Below, one piece after another: positions 11,989 to 23,586 of a stretch of 64,000 nucleotides of DNA (positions are counted from its first letter, which is position 1; each line of letters opens with the position of its first letter). The DNA comes from Fonticula alba ATCC 38817 (lineage: Eukaryota > Protista > Nucleariida). The position numbers and the translations under genes were made by a program. The stretch is from NCBI GenBank assembly GCA_000388065.2, contig KB932201.1. The stretch is one strand, 5' to 3'. Below the pieces are notes generated by a model. It was not told the origin of the DNA and did not search any database. It worked only from the letters and a program-made list of their open reading frames with translations.

Positions 11989-14900
11989 ATGGCTCCTGCA
12001 TACCCCGAGAGCGGGAGCTCCTCTCCTGGAGTTCTCGGCTCCCTGAACCGATCACTTGCCGAAAAGCAGGCCCAGAAGTATGATACTGCCGCAGAGCGGC
12101 TTGTGCGCGATTGGCTGGCCACCGCCCTGGCCCATGACCCAGTACGCCGGACAGCGCGTGCACGCGCCTTCACGCCCCCCCCCCTCTCTCTCTCTCCCTC
12201 TTTCCTGCCCCTCCCCCATGCCTCTCGGCCAACCGCCGTGCAGCCTCTTCCCTGACTCTCGGGTTCCTCCAGTCCTTCGCCACCGAGGTTCAGGCTCTCA
12301 AAAAGCCGGTCTCCTCGCCACAAGCCTTTCGCGACATCCTCATGAAGGGCGATGTCCTGTGTGCCGCGATCAACAGCATCGCCGGGGCCCCGTTGGTGGG
12401 GAAAAACCTGCGGGACGCCCGGACCTGCTTTCCCAACCCCATGACCCCCCCCCCCCCCCCTCCTTCTGCCCGTCATTCCTGTTCGTCTTGGCCCCGGCCT
12501 CCTATTTACACCCTCCGATCCTGATCCTCATCATGAGCGCAGGAAAATATCGAAAACTTTCTCAATGCCTGCCGCAGTCTTGGGGTCTCTTCGTTGTCGC
12601 TCTTCCGGTCAATTGATCTGGTCGAGGGAAAGGACATGGTGGCCGTGCTAGCCAGTCTGGACTCCATCCGGCTTTTTACTTCTCGCAAGGACCAGCCAGT
12701 ACGTTGAAGCCAAAAAGAAAAAGAAAAAAATGGGGCGCGAGGGGGGAGGGGGGGGGGGGAGGGGCAGCAAGTTACATGTAACTTGTCGCGGGAACTTCGT
12801 GGGGTCCTCATCCCGACCGACTCACCATCCTCTTCCCTGTGCTTTTGTGTGCTGCGCTTCTCCTCTTTCCCCCCTGTAGGCCGGGAAGCAATCGCGGCCG
12901 CCGGCTGCCAAGTCCCAAGCCCTCCCCATGGCCGAGGCCAGGCCCGTGCGTTCGGTCACCGAGCCGACGCCCACCAAGAAGCCCCCCGCCCCGGGCAAGC
13001 AGTCCTCCACGCCATCCAAGCCCCCCCAAAGTGGGGCCCCCACTCGGCGGTCCTCCATCCCCGTGCATCCGCCTGGCCTTTCGGTGGTGGTGCCGCCAGC
13101 TCACCATGCCCACTCCGTGTCGCCTGTCTTCCGGCCTTCGCCGCTGACAGCCTCGACCGACTATTCGGACATGAGTGCCACGGCCAGCCCGGACGCCTCG
13201 ATGCCGGAAATGGCGATGCACTTGCGCCGGCGGTCTTCCGGGGCGCGTTCCACCGATGGAGCCTTCTTGGGCGGTGGCCTGCGTCCGGAGCCCTCGGTGT
13301 CCTCTCTGCAGCAGGACCTCCAATTGAAGGCCATGCTCAAGCATGATCCAGCCCTGGAGGCGGCCGCGCGCAACTGGATTGTCGCCGTGCTGGAGCAGAT
13401 TCCGGAGGGCGCGCGACCTACCCGTGACGGTGGTGTGCCGCTGCTGCCGCTGCTGCCGGCTGGCGGGTCGCTGCACCAGCAACTCAAGAGTGGCGAGGTC
13501 CTTTGTCACCTGGTGAATGCTCTTCGGCCTGGCACCATCCCCCGGGTGCACAAGCGTCCGATCGCCTTTTCGCAGATGGTGCGCCTACTTGTCACCTCCG
13601 GCGAGCCGGCATTGGTCTTGATTTCCTTCCCCCCTTCAACGCCCCCTCGGTCCACACTGACTGACCCGGTGTGGCGTCTCGTTTTTGCTCGCGCTTTCGG
13701 TTTATTTCTGGCTTTTCATCGTCTCCCCGCGCTTTTTTCGCGGCAGGAAAACATCGAGAAGTACCTGGAATCATGCGCTCTCTTCGGCCTCAGTCCTGCC
13801 GACCGCTTCAACACTGTTGACCTGTTCGAGCAGAAAGGCATGAACCAGGTCCGTGCGCTGCTCAGTCGGCCTCCTGTCCTTTGCAGCTCGTGCTGCCGAT
13901 GTCTTTCCCCGTGTCCGGCGTCCTGACGACCAACAACATCCCCTCCCCCGCCCCCCCCCCTCTCTCCCTCTCCCCCTCTATTCTCTTTTTGGGTCCTTCC
14001 CCCTCTCAGGTTGTGGCGAACATCCACATTCTGTCAAAGCATGTGCAGCGCATGCCCGGCTACCAAGGCCCGGCCATGGAGGCTACCCAACGTGGGAATA
14101 CCCTCTTTTCGGCGTCCCTTGTCGAGGGGTACTCGCTGGAGATGCTGTTTGATGATGGCCTCGATGAGGAGATCCCCCTGGAAGGTGATGCTGGCATCTT
14201 CAAGCCCGGTAGCCAGCTCCCAGAGCCTGGCTCTCTGGCCGAGCGCCAGTCTATGCTGCGCTGGGTGCAGGAGTGCCTGGCCTTGCCCCTTCTCCCGGGA
14301 AGTCAGCTGGGTGATGCACCGGCTGAAACTTTCCGCATCCGGAACTTGCGCGGGTCCATGCGGTCGGGTGTGGTCCTGCTGCGTCTGTTCGAGGTATGTT
14401 GTCTTTCAGTCCCGGGGCTTCGAAGGGGCCTTTTTGTCAGCTGCCTCGTCCCTCCCCCCCCCCCTCCCCCCTGTATGCTCTGCTCTAATATTCCCTTCGA
14501 ACGACTCTCACCACCCCGCGTCGACGATGTTACACACCATCAGGCCGTCTCCCGCACAACGGTTTACTCCAAAGTAAACCCCGAGCCGACGGAGCTCTGG
14601 CACTGCACACTCAATTGCGACTCTTTGATGTTCGCCATTTCGTCGCAGATGTTCAACCAGTTCGACAAGTGCACGACCCATGGTATGTGGCCAATCCCGG
14701 GCGGCGAAGAGGGGACCCCCCCCCCCCCCCCCCGCGCGCATGTGCTCTCCGATCTTGTCTCCATCCCTCCCTCTCCATTGTCCATTTTCCTCTTGTGATC
14801 TCCCATCGGCCCCGGCTGACATATCCTTCTGCCCCCTTGATTCTGTCTTCCCATGTCCCCCTCCCCTCCCTTCTTTGCCTGACCCGGTGTCTTGCAACAA

Positions 14901-17138
14901 GACATTATCACCGGCAATCAGGACAAGATCTTCGAGCTACTGAAGTACATTCGTGGCTTTGATGATGATTGGGTGTATGCACAGTTGCTCAGCAACTCGG
15001 GGGACCCCGTCGGATCAAGTGCCACCTCGGGTCCGACTCACTCGCAGCCGGCAGCCGTCACTCAGCCTGCTGCCGGCCCCAAGGCCGATGCATTGCCCTC
15101 GGACTTGCCGGTCCTCCTGGAAGCCAACTACCTGGAGGGCACGCCCATGAGCGTGATCGAGTCGTTCCTTCGCCAGCGGGTGGAATTCGAGCTGGACCCT
15201 GCGGCGGGTAAGCCACCACGCGAGCCAGCCGGGCTGAGCTCCCTGCGGGCGTCCCTTGCCGGGGTCGTGCTTTTGGATTTGACCTTCACGGCGTCGACAG
15301 CCGCGGCGGACCCGCTGCCCCGGGAGCCGCTGAGCCCACAGACCCCCAAGCCTCGGAAGGACACCAATTCCCAGGACTCCCCCTCGGGGGCGAATGCGTC
15401 TTCGGGAATGTCGGCCAAGCGTGTGGCCAAACGCTTGGGGCAAATTTTCTCCCCCTTCGGTCGAAAGGCCACCCCGACGGCCAGCGACACCGGCTCGGCG
15501 GAGCATTCCCTCCCACCGGGTGATGCTCTGCCGAAGAAGCAGCGCCCACATTCGATGCATGTTTCTTCGACTCCTGGCCTGGGCCTGAAGACCCTGAGCC
15601 TGTCGAAGACCATTGTCATCCAGCGCACGGCTGGCATCACCAATGCCGTGCGTCCTCTCATGCGTCCCCCGCTTGCCCGCTGCCAGCCTTTCTCCCCTCG
15701 GTGCACCTCCTCGGCATTCTCCTCTCCTTTCCTTTGCCCGCCGACCTCTCGCACCGCTGTTCCCGGCGATCCTCACCTTCGTCTCCGTCCTTCCCCCCCC
15801 CTCTCTCTCTCTCTCCACATTCTCTCTCAACAGCTCAACCAGCGCCCATCGCTCCGCGAGCTGAAGGCTGCCCTCCTGGCGGGCACCCCCTCCCAAACGA
15901 AGCCCTCGGTCCCGCCGACGACGGCCCCTACGGCAACGTCAGGCCCCAGCTCGAAGGCCGACCACACCATGGCCCGGAATACGGCCGCCGAGCTGCTACA
16001 AACGGAAAAGATCTACTGCGCCAATATCGGCCTGGTCATCGAGCACTTCTACGAGCCGCTCCTGGAGGCAGCCCTTTCCCAGCCCACCGAGAAGTCCTCC
16101 AAGCGGGGCATCCTCTCCGCGCATGAGCATGACATGCTCTTCACAAGCCTGAAGGGTATGGACCTCTCTTTCCCCATGTCTTTCCTGCCCATTCCCTTCG
16201 GTGTCTCCCTCCTTTGCCTTCCCTCCCTTCCCCCTTCTCGCAGGACTCTCTCTCTCTCTCCCCCTCTCTCGCTAACCCGTCCGCTCTTCGCGCTCCTGCC
16301 GTGGCAGAAATCTACATCTTCCAGCAAACGTTCCTCCAGTCGGTGGAGGACCTCCTTCGTGATTGGTCGGAAACCTCCCACATCGGCACCATCCTGTCGG
16401 ATATGGACACCCTGGCCACCATGGAGCGTGTCTATGCGCCGTACATGGCTGGGTATGCTCAGTCGAGCCTCTTCCTGGAGATCATCCGTCGTAAGAATCA
16501 AGCTTTTGCACGAGCGGTGACGGTACGTGTTTGGTGTTTCCTCTGGTGCCATTGTTGCTTGCCCTCCTCCCTTTATCCATCTTCTCCCCCTCTTCCCCTC
16601 TTCTCACCATGTCCGCCAACATATTGGTGTGCCCATGCGCCCTGCCTGCATCGTTGGACCACCATAACCCACACCCCAGGCCTTCGAGTCGAAGCACCTT
16701 GCCCCCTCACGGCTCAGCTTGTCCATGGTCCTGGCCATGCCCTTCCAGCGTCTTCCCCGCTATGAGATGCTTCTGGCCAAGTTCGACAAGTATGCCTCAC
16801 GCCTGCCCGGCTTCCGGCCGGAGGAAGGCCGCGCCGCCACGCAGGCCCTGAAGTCCTGCATCCAGCGCGTCGATCGGAACATCATCCGCGAGGTGACGGA
16901 CCGGTGCTCACGCATCCAGCACCTGGTGGAGACCATGCCCGGCGAGTGCCCAGTCCTCTTGTCTACCTCCGAACTGTCCGGGTCCGTGCTGGATGTCATT
17001 GAGGCTGGCCCGCATGCTGGTGCTCTCACCAGCGGCATGGCCACCCTGGCGGCTCTGATCAACCCCGCGGCACGGCTGCTTCGCGAGGGCTTTGTCCAGG
17101 TGAAGCGCATCATTGAGCCGCGGAAGTCGTACGTTGCT

Positions 17139-17174
<36 letters not shown>

Positions 17175-17960
17175 TTTGCCCCCCTTCTCTCTCTCTCTCT
17201 ATCACGGCCGCGCTTGGCCGAGGAGCCTCCCTGTATCTGACCTCTCCAATGGCGCAGACTGCTTTCGCCACTGCGCTCCGGCACATACTACCTGCTGGTG
17301 TTTGAGAAGATCGCCATCTTCGCCAAGGCCACGGACATCTCCGCCAAGCAGACCACCGGCCGGCCAGTGGGTGGCGGGTCTTTGCGCCTGGTGGCCGCTC
17401 TGCCAGCCAGCCTGGTGACCGGGGTGGGCCAAAAGCCAGATCGACCGACTCTATGCGTCACATATGGGCGGCTGACCGGGCTGTCGCGCTCGCCCTCGCG
17501 CAATGAGGACCTCTCGAGTGAGCTCTACCCGACGGCTGGGCGCTTGGCTTCGGCCACGTCGTATGCATCGCTGGCTGAGGCCGCTTGCAGCGGCTCCTCC
17601 CGAGCCGAAGCCGACGCCGGGTCCTATGCCGCTCCGTTGAACCCAAATGGCCCCACCTTGCGGGCATCTTCCTCTTCCGGGACCTTGTTGAACTTGATCG
17701 AGGCCGTTTCCTCCTCGATTGTCCCCTCAGCCGGGGCTGCAGGCCAGTCTCCTGGACATGCGCGATCCCTCTCCCCCTCGGCCTCGGTGGCTGGGCTTTC
17801 CCGCAGCAACTCCCTTTCGCGATCTCTCTCGGTGTTGGGCCTGGCAACGCCAGCCCAATCGGAGATTCAGCTCAAGGCTCCGAAGACAGTGTCCAACCCG
17901 ATGTCCATTGTGGAGGATTGGCTGCCGACCCTGCGTGAGTTTGCGGATCCTGTCTATTGA
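11989..17960 (+). CDS. Rho/Rac guanine-nucleotide exchange factor with three CH domains, then DH and PH domains; about 12 exons, roughly 1400 aa
   Basis: CH1: QKYDTAAERLVRDWL...KGDVLCAAINSI...ENIENFLNACRSLGV...FRSIDLVEGKD. CH2: KHDPALEAAARNWI...KSGEVLCHLVNALRPG...ENIEKYLESC...DLFEQK. CH3: MLRWVQ...MRSGVVLLRLFE...DIITGNQDKIFELL. DH: ELLQTEKIYC...PFQRLPRYEMLL. PH-like: LLREGFVQ...YYLLVFEKIAIFAK. In-frame GT-AG junctions include 12698/12880, 13578/13747, 13848/14010, 14393/14544, 14682/14902, 16155/16308, 16522/16680 and 17128/17258. The junctions inside CH1 are unresolved. Confidence 0.88.
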
Positions 17961-18057
17961 GGCGGAAGGGGGCAGTTCCCTTTCCCCTGTTTGGGCACAC
18001 ACCACCCTCTTTATACACATGTACACGCGCATGCAAGCGCGAGCGCACTCTCTCTCT

Positions 18058-18128
18058 CTCTCCCTCCCTCCCTCTCTCCCTCTCTCCCTCTCTCCCTCTC
18101 TCCCTCTCTCCCTCTCTCCCTCTCTCTC
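18058..18128. repeat. (CTCTCTCC)n minisatellite
   Basis: Tandem octamer CCCTCTCT units downstream of the GEF stop codon. Confidence 0.8.
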
Positions 18129-18904
18129 GTACGCCGCTTAGAGGATGCGCTGGTAACCGCGGGCGCGTGCCCGCCCTGGCCGCCTGGCGCCTGCGTATCA
18201 TATGACATAATAGACCGATCGCATGATCAACGGACCGGCAGTGCCGACGCATCAGCCATCTCTCCCCATCTTCCCAAGACATGACTGGAGATGAGAGCCA
18301 GGAGGGCCCAGGGGAGCGCCTGTGTCACCTGCCGGGTGGCTTGGGCCTCCCAAACAAGGTGACAGTCCCCTGCGCGCATGTCGGGCCTCGTGTCGCGGAA
18401 CCCCCCGTTCCCATGGGGGTGGTGGTACGGCCTTCGGGGGGGCGGCGGGCCGTTTCTCTTGCCGCCTGCGGGCTGGGACACGGCCTGTGCGCTAGTGGCC
18501 AGCTGGGGGGCTGGTTTTGGGGTGGGCCTCCTGGCCAGGAGTAGTTCCCCCCCCCCCACCCCCCACCCACCCGTTCCCCGCCCAGGTGCCGATGTGGACC
18601 AGGCATTGTGAATCAACGGGTATCCACCCCCGGAACATGATCGGCCGTGGCCGATCACCGCCACGCATCCCTCTAGCTGTTCCTTCTGTCATTTCGGTCA
18701 TTCCCCCTCATCCCCGCCCCAGCCACCACACACTCACACACTCACGGAACTGTTAGGTGGATCCCGCGTACACATATTTTTCAACACACACCATTTTTCC
18801 TGCCGCCCACGGCACTGCCCTCCTCCCCTCCCCTCCCCCTTCCCCCCTCTCCTCTGCTGCTCTCCCGTTCCCCCGCCCACCCTACCCGCCCGCACTTGAC
18901 CAGG

Positions 18905-21425
18905 ATGGCTGCTCCGAAGAATGTCCTCCGCTACCTGCGCGCACCCCCGAGTACCTTCGCCTTCATCGACAATGCCTATATCTGCCTGAGCAAAAGCGCC
19001 AGCACGGCCTCCCTCTCTGGCTTGAACGAGGAGACCCTGCCCCCTGGTGGCGGCAACACCTGCGACCGGTCGCTGGTCATGGTGGATCCGGCCACCGGCC
19101 TGCATGTGGCAGATGTCCCGGCCGCCGGGGTTGATGTCGTCGACCGGGCTGTGAAGGCAGCCCAGCGGGCCTGGTACCCGGCCGAACAGCCAGCCACCGG
19201 CCCTTCGGTGGGCTGGCGCTTCTCCACCGGCCATGAGCGCCATTCGATCTTGACCCGGCTCGGGGAGCTGATCCTCGGCGACCGGGAGCGCCTGGCCCGC
19301 ATCGAGTCTCTGACCATGGGCAAGCCCATCGAGGCGGCCCGTCATGATGTTGACGAGACCGCGGCCACCTTCGCCTCGTACGGCCGCCTGTCGCAGCACT
19401 GCTTCGCTGACAGCCATGCCCACTGTGCCATGGACGCCGGCCCCGGTGCGGCGCCCGACTTCGGCAACGCCTTCCGCGCGGCCGTCGGCGCCCCGTGGAT
19501 GGCCGACATGGAGGGATTCCTCTCGCAGGGTGCCTTCCGCGCGCGCATTCTCTCCGAGAGCGTGGGTGTCGTCGGGCAGGTGCTCCCTTGGAACTGTGCG
19601 CTCCGCTCCACTCTCTACTGCCGACCCCTCTTCGCCAAGGAATCCATTCTCCTCTGTCTCTCTCTCTCTCTCTGTCTCTCTCTCTCTCTCTGCCTCTCTG
19701 CCTCTCTGCCTCTCTCCTTCTTGGACTTCTTTCGCCTGACACCCCTCGATGGTTTCTTCTGGACACCCAGTCCCCCTCACCACGGCTGCTTGGAAGATCG
19801 CCCCGGCCCTGGCGGCCGGCTGCTCGATTGTTGTCAAGGTGCGTTCATGCTGGGGCTTTCCCCCTTGCATCCGGCCCTTGTGCGCCCTTTGTTCTGCCTA
19901 CTGACACGCTATTGGCCTTCGTAGCCGAGTGAGTATTCGCCATTCTCCCTTTTGGAGCTGGTTGGGCTGGCGGCCAAGGCTGGCCTGCCGCCCGGTGTGC
20001 TGAACGTCGTCATCGGCGAGCAGGCCACCGGCTCGGCCCTTGTCAACCATGCCGGTCTGAACAAGATCTCTTTCACCGGCAGTGGTCGGACCGGGTCTAT
20101 TGTGGCTTCGGATGCGGCCAAGTGTGTCACTCTTGTTACTGGCAAGGGATTTTCTTTCTTTTCTTTCGCCCAAACTCTCTCCTTTTTTTCTCCTTTCGAC
20201 TTGTCCTGACATGGGTGCACTCGATGGAACGGCCGACGGAACCCCTCCCCCCCCCCCACCACCACCACCACCAACAAAGAAACCTCATCCCCTGCACCAT
20301 GGAGCTCGGCGGCAAGTCGCCGATTGTCGTGTTCGATGATGTTGACATTGACAAGGGTACGATCGCAAGGCGAAGCCCTTCCATATTTTCACACACACAT
20401 ACACACACACATTTATCCATCTCTCTGTATATGTATATATATATACACACATTTATGCCCCCCTCTTACCCATCATCCTCCTTACTCCGCTCTCCGGGGG
20501 AAAAACAACCGAACAAACCCCAGCCGCCCAGACGGTCCTCGACGGCTTTGTCTTCAACACGGGCCAAGTGTGTACGGCCACCACGCGCCTCATCGTGCAG
20601 GATACCATTCGCGACCGGTTTGTCGCCCGGCTGGCGGAGCTGGCCGCCCAGGTGCAGACCATCCATCCGCTGGAGGTCCCGGCCGCCGGGGCCCCGAAGC
20701 AGACGCGCATCGGGCCGGTGGTCTGCCGCAAGCAGGTGGACTTCATCCGCGCGCCGATCGAGGCCGATATGAAGACCGGCCACTCGAGCATCATCTTCCC
20801 GCCGCTGCCCAGCACCGAGGGCACTCCCCTGGATCAGTGGCATGCCCTGTGTCGGTCTGGGCACATCAGCTTCGAGCAGACCGAGCGCCCGGCCCGCGAG
20901 GCCACCCTCCTGGCATGGGACATTGCCGAGGACTTCGACCCGGCGTCCCCGGCTACCGCGGCCCCGGAGCCCCTCCCCTTGGCCGATGGGAACTTCGTCC
21001 GCCCGGTCATCGTCCAGGTCAACTGCACCCAGTCCAGCCGGATCTGGAAGCAGGAGGTCTTCGGACCGGTGCTGGCGGTGGCCTCCTTCTCCGATGAGCA
21101 GCATGCCCTGGCCCTGGCGCATGATACTGAGTTTGGCCTTGGCGCGGCGATTCTGTCCGGTGTGTCAGACGGCCAGTCGCAGCTGCTGCCTGGCCTCGAG
21201 CAGGTCGCCTGCGCCGATCGCCAGCGGCGCCTGGCGCGCATCGATTACATGGTGCGCAACCTGCGCTCCGGCTATGTGTGGGTCCAGAATAGCCAGACGG
21301 CCCCGGTCTTCTTGCCCTTCGGGGGTGTTCTGCACAGCGGCTATGGTCGCGAGCTCAGTATCCACGGCTTGCAGAGCTATCTCGTGGAGAAGAGCGTCCT
21401 CGAGGCGGTTGGTCGTGCGGACTAA
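18905..21425 (+). CDS. Aldehyde dehydrogenase, betaine/aminoaldehyde dehydrogenase-like (ALDH10-like); join(18905..19595,19771..19838,19925..20121,20280..20356,20524..21425), 644 aa
   Basis: VGVVGQVLPWN|FP, WKIAPALAAGCSIVVKPSE, SFTGS, catalytic Glu in ELGGKSP, catalytic Cys in FNTGQVCTA, EVFGPV, PFGG..SGYGRE. Exon lengths sum to 1935 nt with all junctions GT-AG and in frame. Confidence 0.93.
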
Positions 21426-21824
21426 GCCGAGCCTCCCCCCCCCCCCCCTTGGGCACATACCCGCGTGCGCCCCTCTCTCCAGTGGCCAAAGATCCCTCAT
21501 CCTCCCCTGTGCTCTCGTGAGAAATATACGAGTGTGAATTTGTTTGCGAACTTGTGCGTGCGAATCTCCGTCAAAAAGGGTGACCATGTGTGTCTCTCGC
21601 GCCCCTCCGACCAATTGAATGGATGATGTGAGCGACCTTCACCAGGCATTTATCATCAGCAGTCTATTATATGGAGGCCAGAAGGCCCTGGAAAGAGGGG
21701 AGGAGGGATGCTGTTGTGGAAGCTACACCAAGGAAGGGGAGATGAATTTGGCACCAACACGGTCGGGGCCCCATTCCCTCCCCTCGCATAACCATAGCCG
21801 CCAGTTGCGCCCGAGAGCAAGCAT

Positions 21825-23509
21825 TTAGCGCGTCCGGCGCTTTGGGCGGGCAGACTTCCCCTTGGACGAGGTCGAGCGCACGGTGTTGATGATGGACCCG
21901 CTGGTGTCGACGGCAATCCGGCGTCCGTGACGCAGCTCCTCCAGAGACTGGGACAGCAGGGCACGCAGCTGATCATTAAGATGCGCGAGGCGCTTTTGCT
22001 CGCGACCCGACAGGGCATGCATCTCAGCTCGGCGGTTCTCCTCATCCTCATCGGTGAAGCGCGACCGCTTGCCAGACGGAGCATCATCGTCATCATCATT
22101 GCCCTGGCGACTGGCCGCGCCGCGCCGACGCTTCTTCGACAGGGTGAACACCTTGTCCACGTCGTCATCCGAGTCGACATCCGAATCCTGGTCACTGAGA
22201 ATGATGTCCATCTCCTTGGCCATGTTGGCGAACCAGCCCTTATCGGCGTTCTTGCGGCGGTGGCGGTGGTGCGTGACCTCGATCTCGGCAGCGATGCGCA
22301 GTCGGTCGCGCAGCCGGTGCACCACAATCTCCTCCGTGGGATGGGGACGAAGGCCACTCTGTTTGGGAGGGAAAGGGGGAGAGATCAGAGAGAGTGGAGG
22401 TGCCTGGGTGAGTGATGCGCGCGCGCACACATGCATGTGTGGATGTGTGGATGTGTGTGTGTGTGTGTGTGTGTGTGCGGGAGAGGCGAAGGCGTTATGT
22501 CCGACGATCATATGCGCGCGTGCGTCCGTACCGGCTCATCGAGGGCCTTGCAGATGTTGTGGTAGACGTCCAGCTCGGACGGACCGACCAGGAGAACCGT
22601 GTTACCAGAGGTGTTGGCACGGGCCGTTCGGCCGGACCGGTGGACGTACGTATCGGCGGTGCGCGGGAGCTGGTAATGCACGACATGATCAACGGCCGGG
22701 ACGTCGATACCGCGGGCAGCGACATCCGAGGAAATGAGGACGGTGGCCCGGGGGGCCTTCGGGTCGGCCGACCGGAAGCGGTCCAGGTTCTTAAGACGCT
22801 GACGCTGGGGCATCTGCGCGTGGAGACCATGCACCTGGACGTCTACCAGCGTCAGCAGGGGAACCAAGCGACGAATGGTGTTGATACTATGGAAGTCACC
22901 AGCAAGAAGGGTGGATGTCAGGCTCAGTGCAACACCGCGGTCCTGGAAAGCGGAGCGTGATAAAACCCAAAGAAACGGAGAGAAAGAAAGCCAGCTGAAG
23001 AGGGCACATGTGTACGCGTGTGCGCTTGTGTGTGCGAGAAAGAGAGAGAGAGAGAGAGGGGGGGGGAGAGAGAAAGAGAGGGGGTGTGTTTGTGTAACCA
23101 CGCACCTGTTCACAAAGACCATGACCTTGCCGGTAACTGACAGCAGCAGGTAGTACAGGTAGAGGTCCTTGTCGCCATCCTCGCAGAAGATGCGCGTCTG
23201 GGTAAGACCGGCGGCGACAACGCCCTGCCGGCCGAAGTCCACACGGATCGGCGCCTGCGGGCCGCGGTTGAAGCGAATCCGGCTCATCAGGTCATCCAGG
23301 CCACCGGCAACGTGCTTTTTGCGCCCGTGCAGGTTCTTTTTGAAGTTCCGATCCAGCGCCATGGTAGCTGAGAAGACCAAGGTCTGACGACGGAAAAGGG
23401 CTTTGTCGGCGGCGGAGTCTGTGGGGCATGTGGAAAGGAAGCCGGTTAATCTCAGCGATTGAATGAGCATGTGTGCGCCCCTGCCAGCGGATGGGAAGCT
23501 CCAACCATG

Positions 23510-23586
<77 letters not shown>

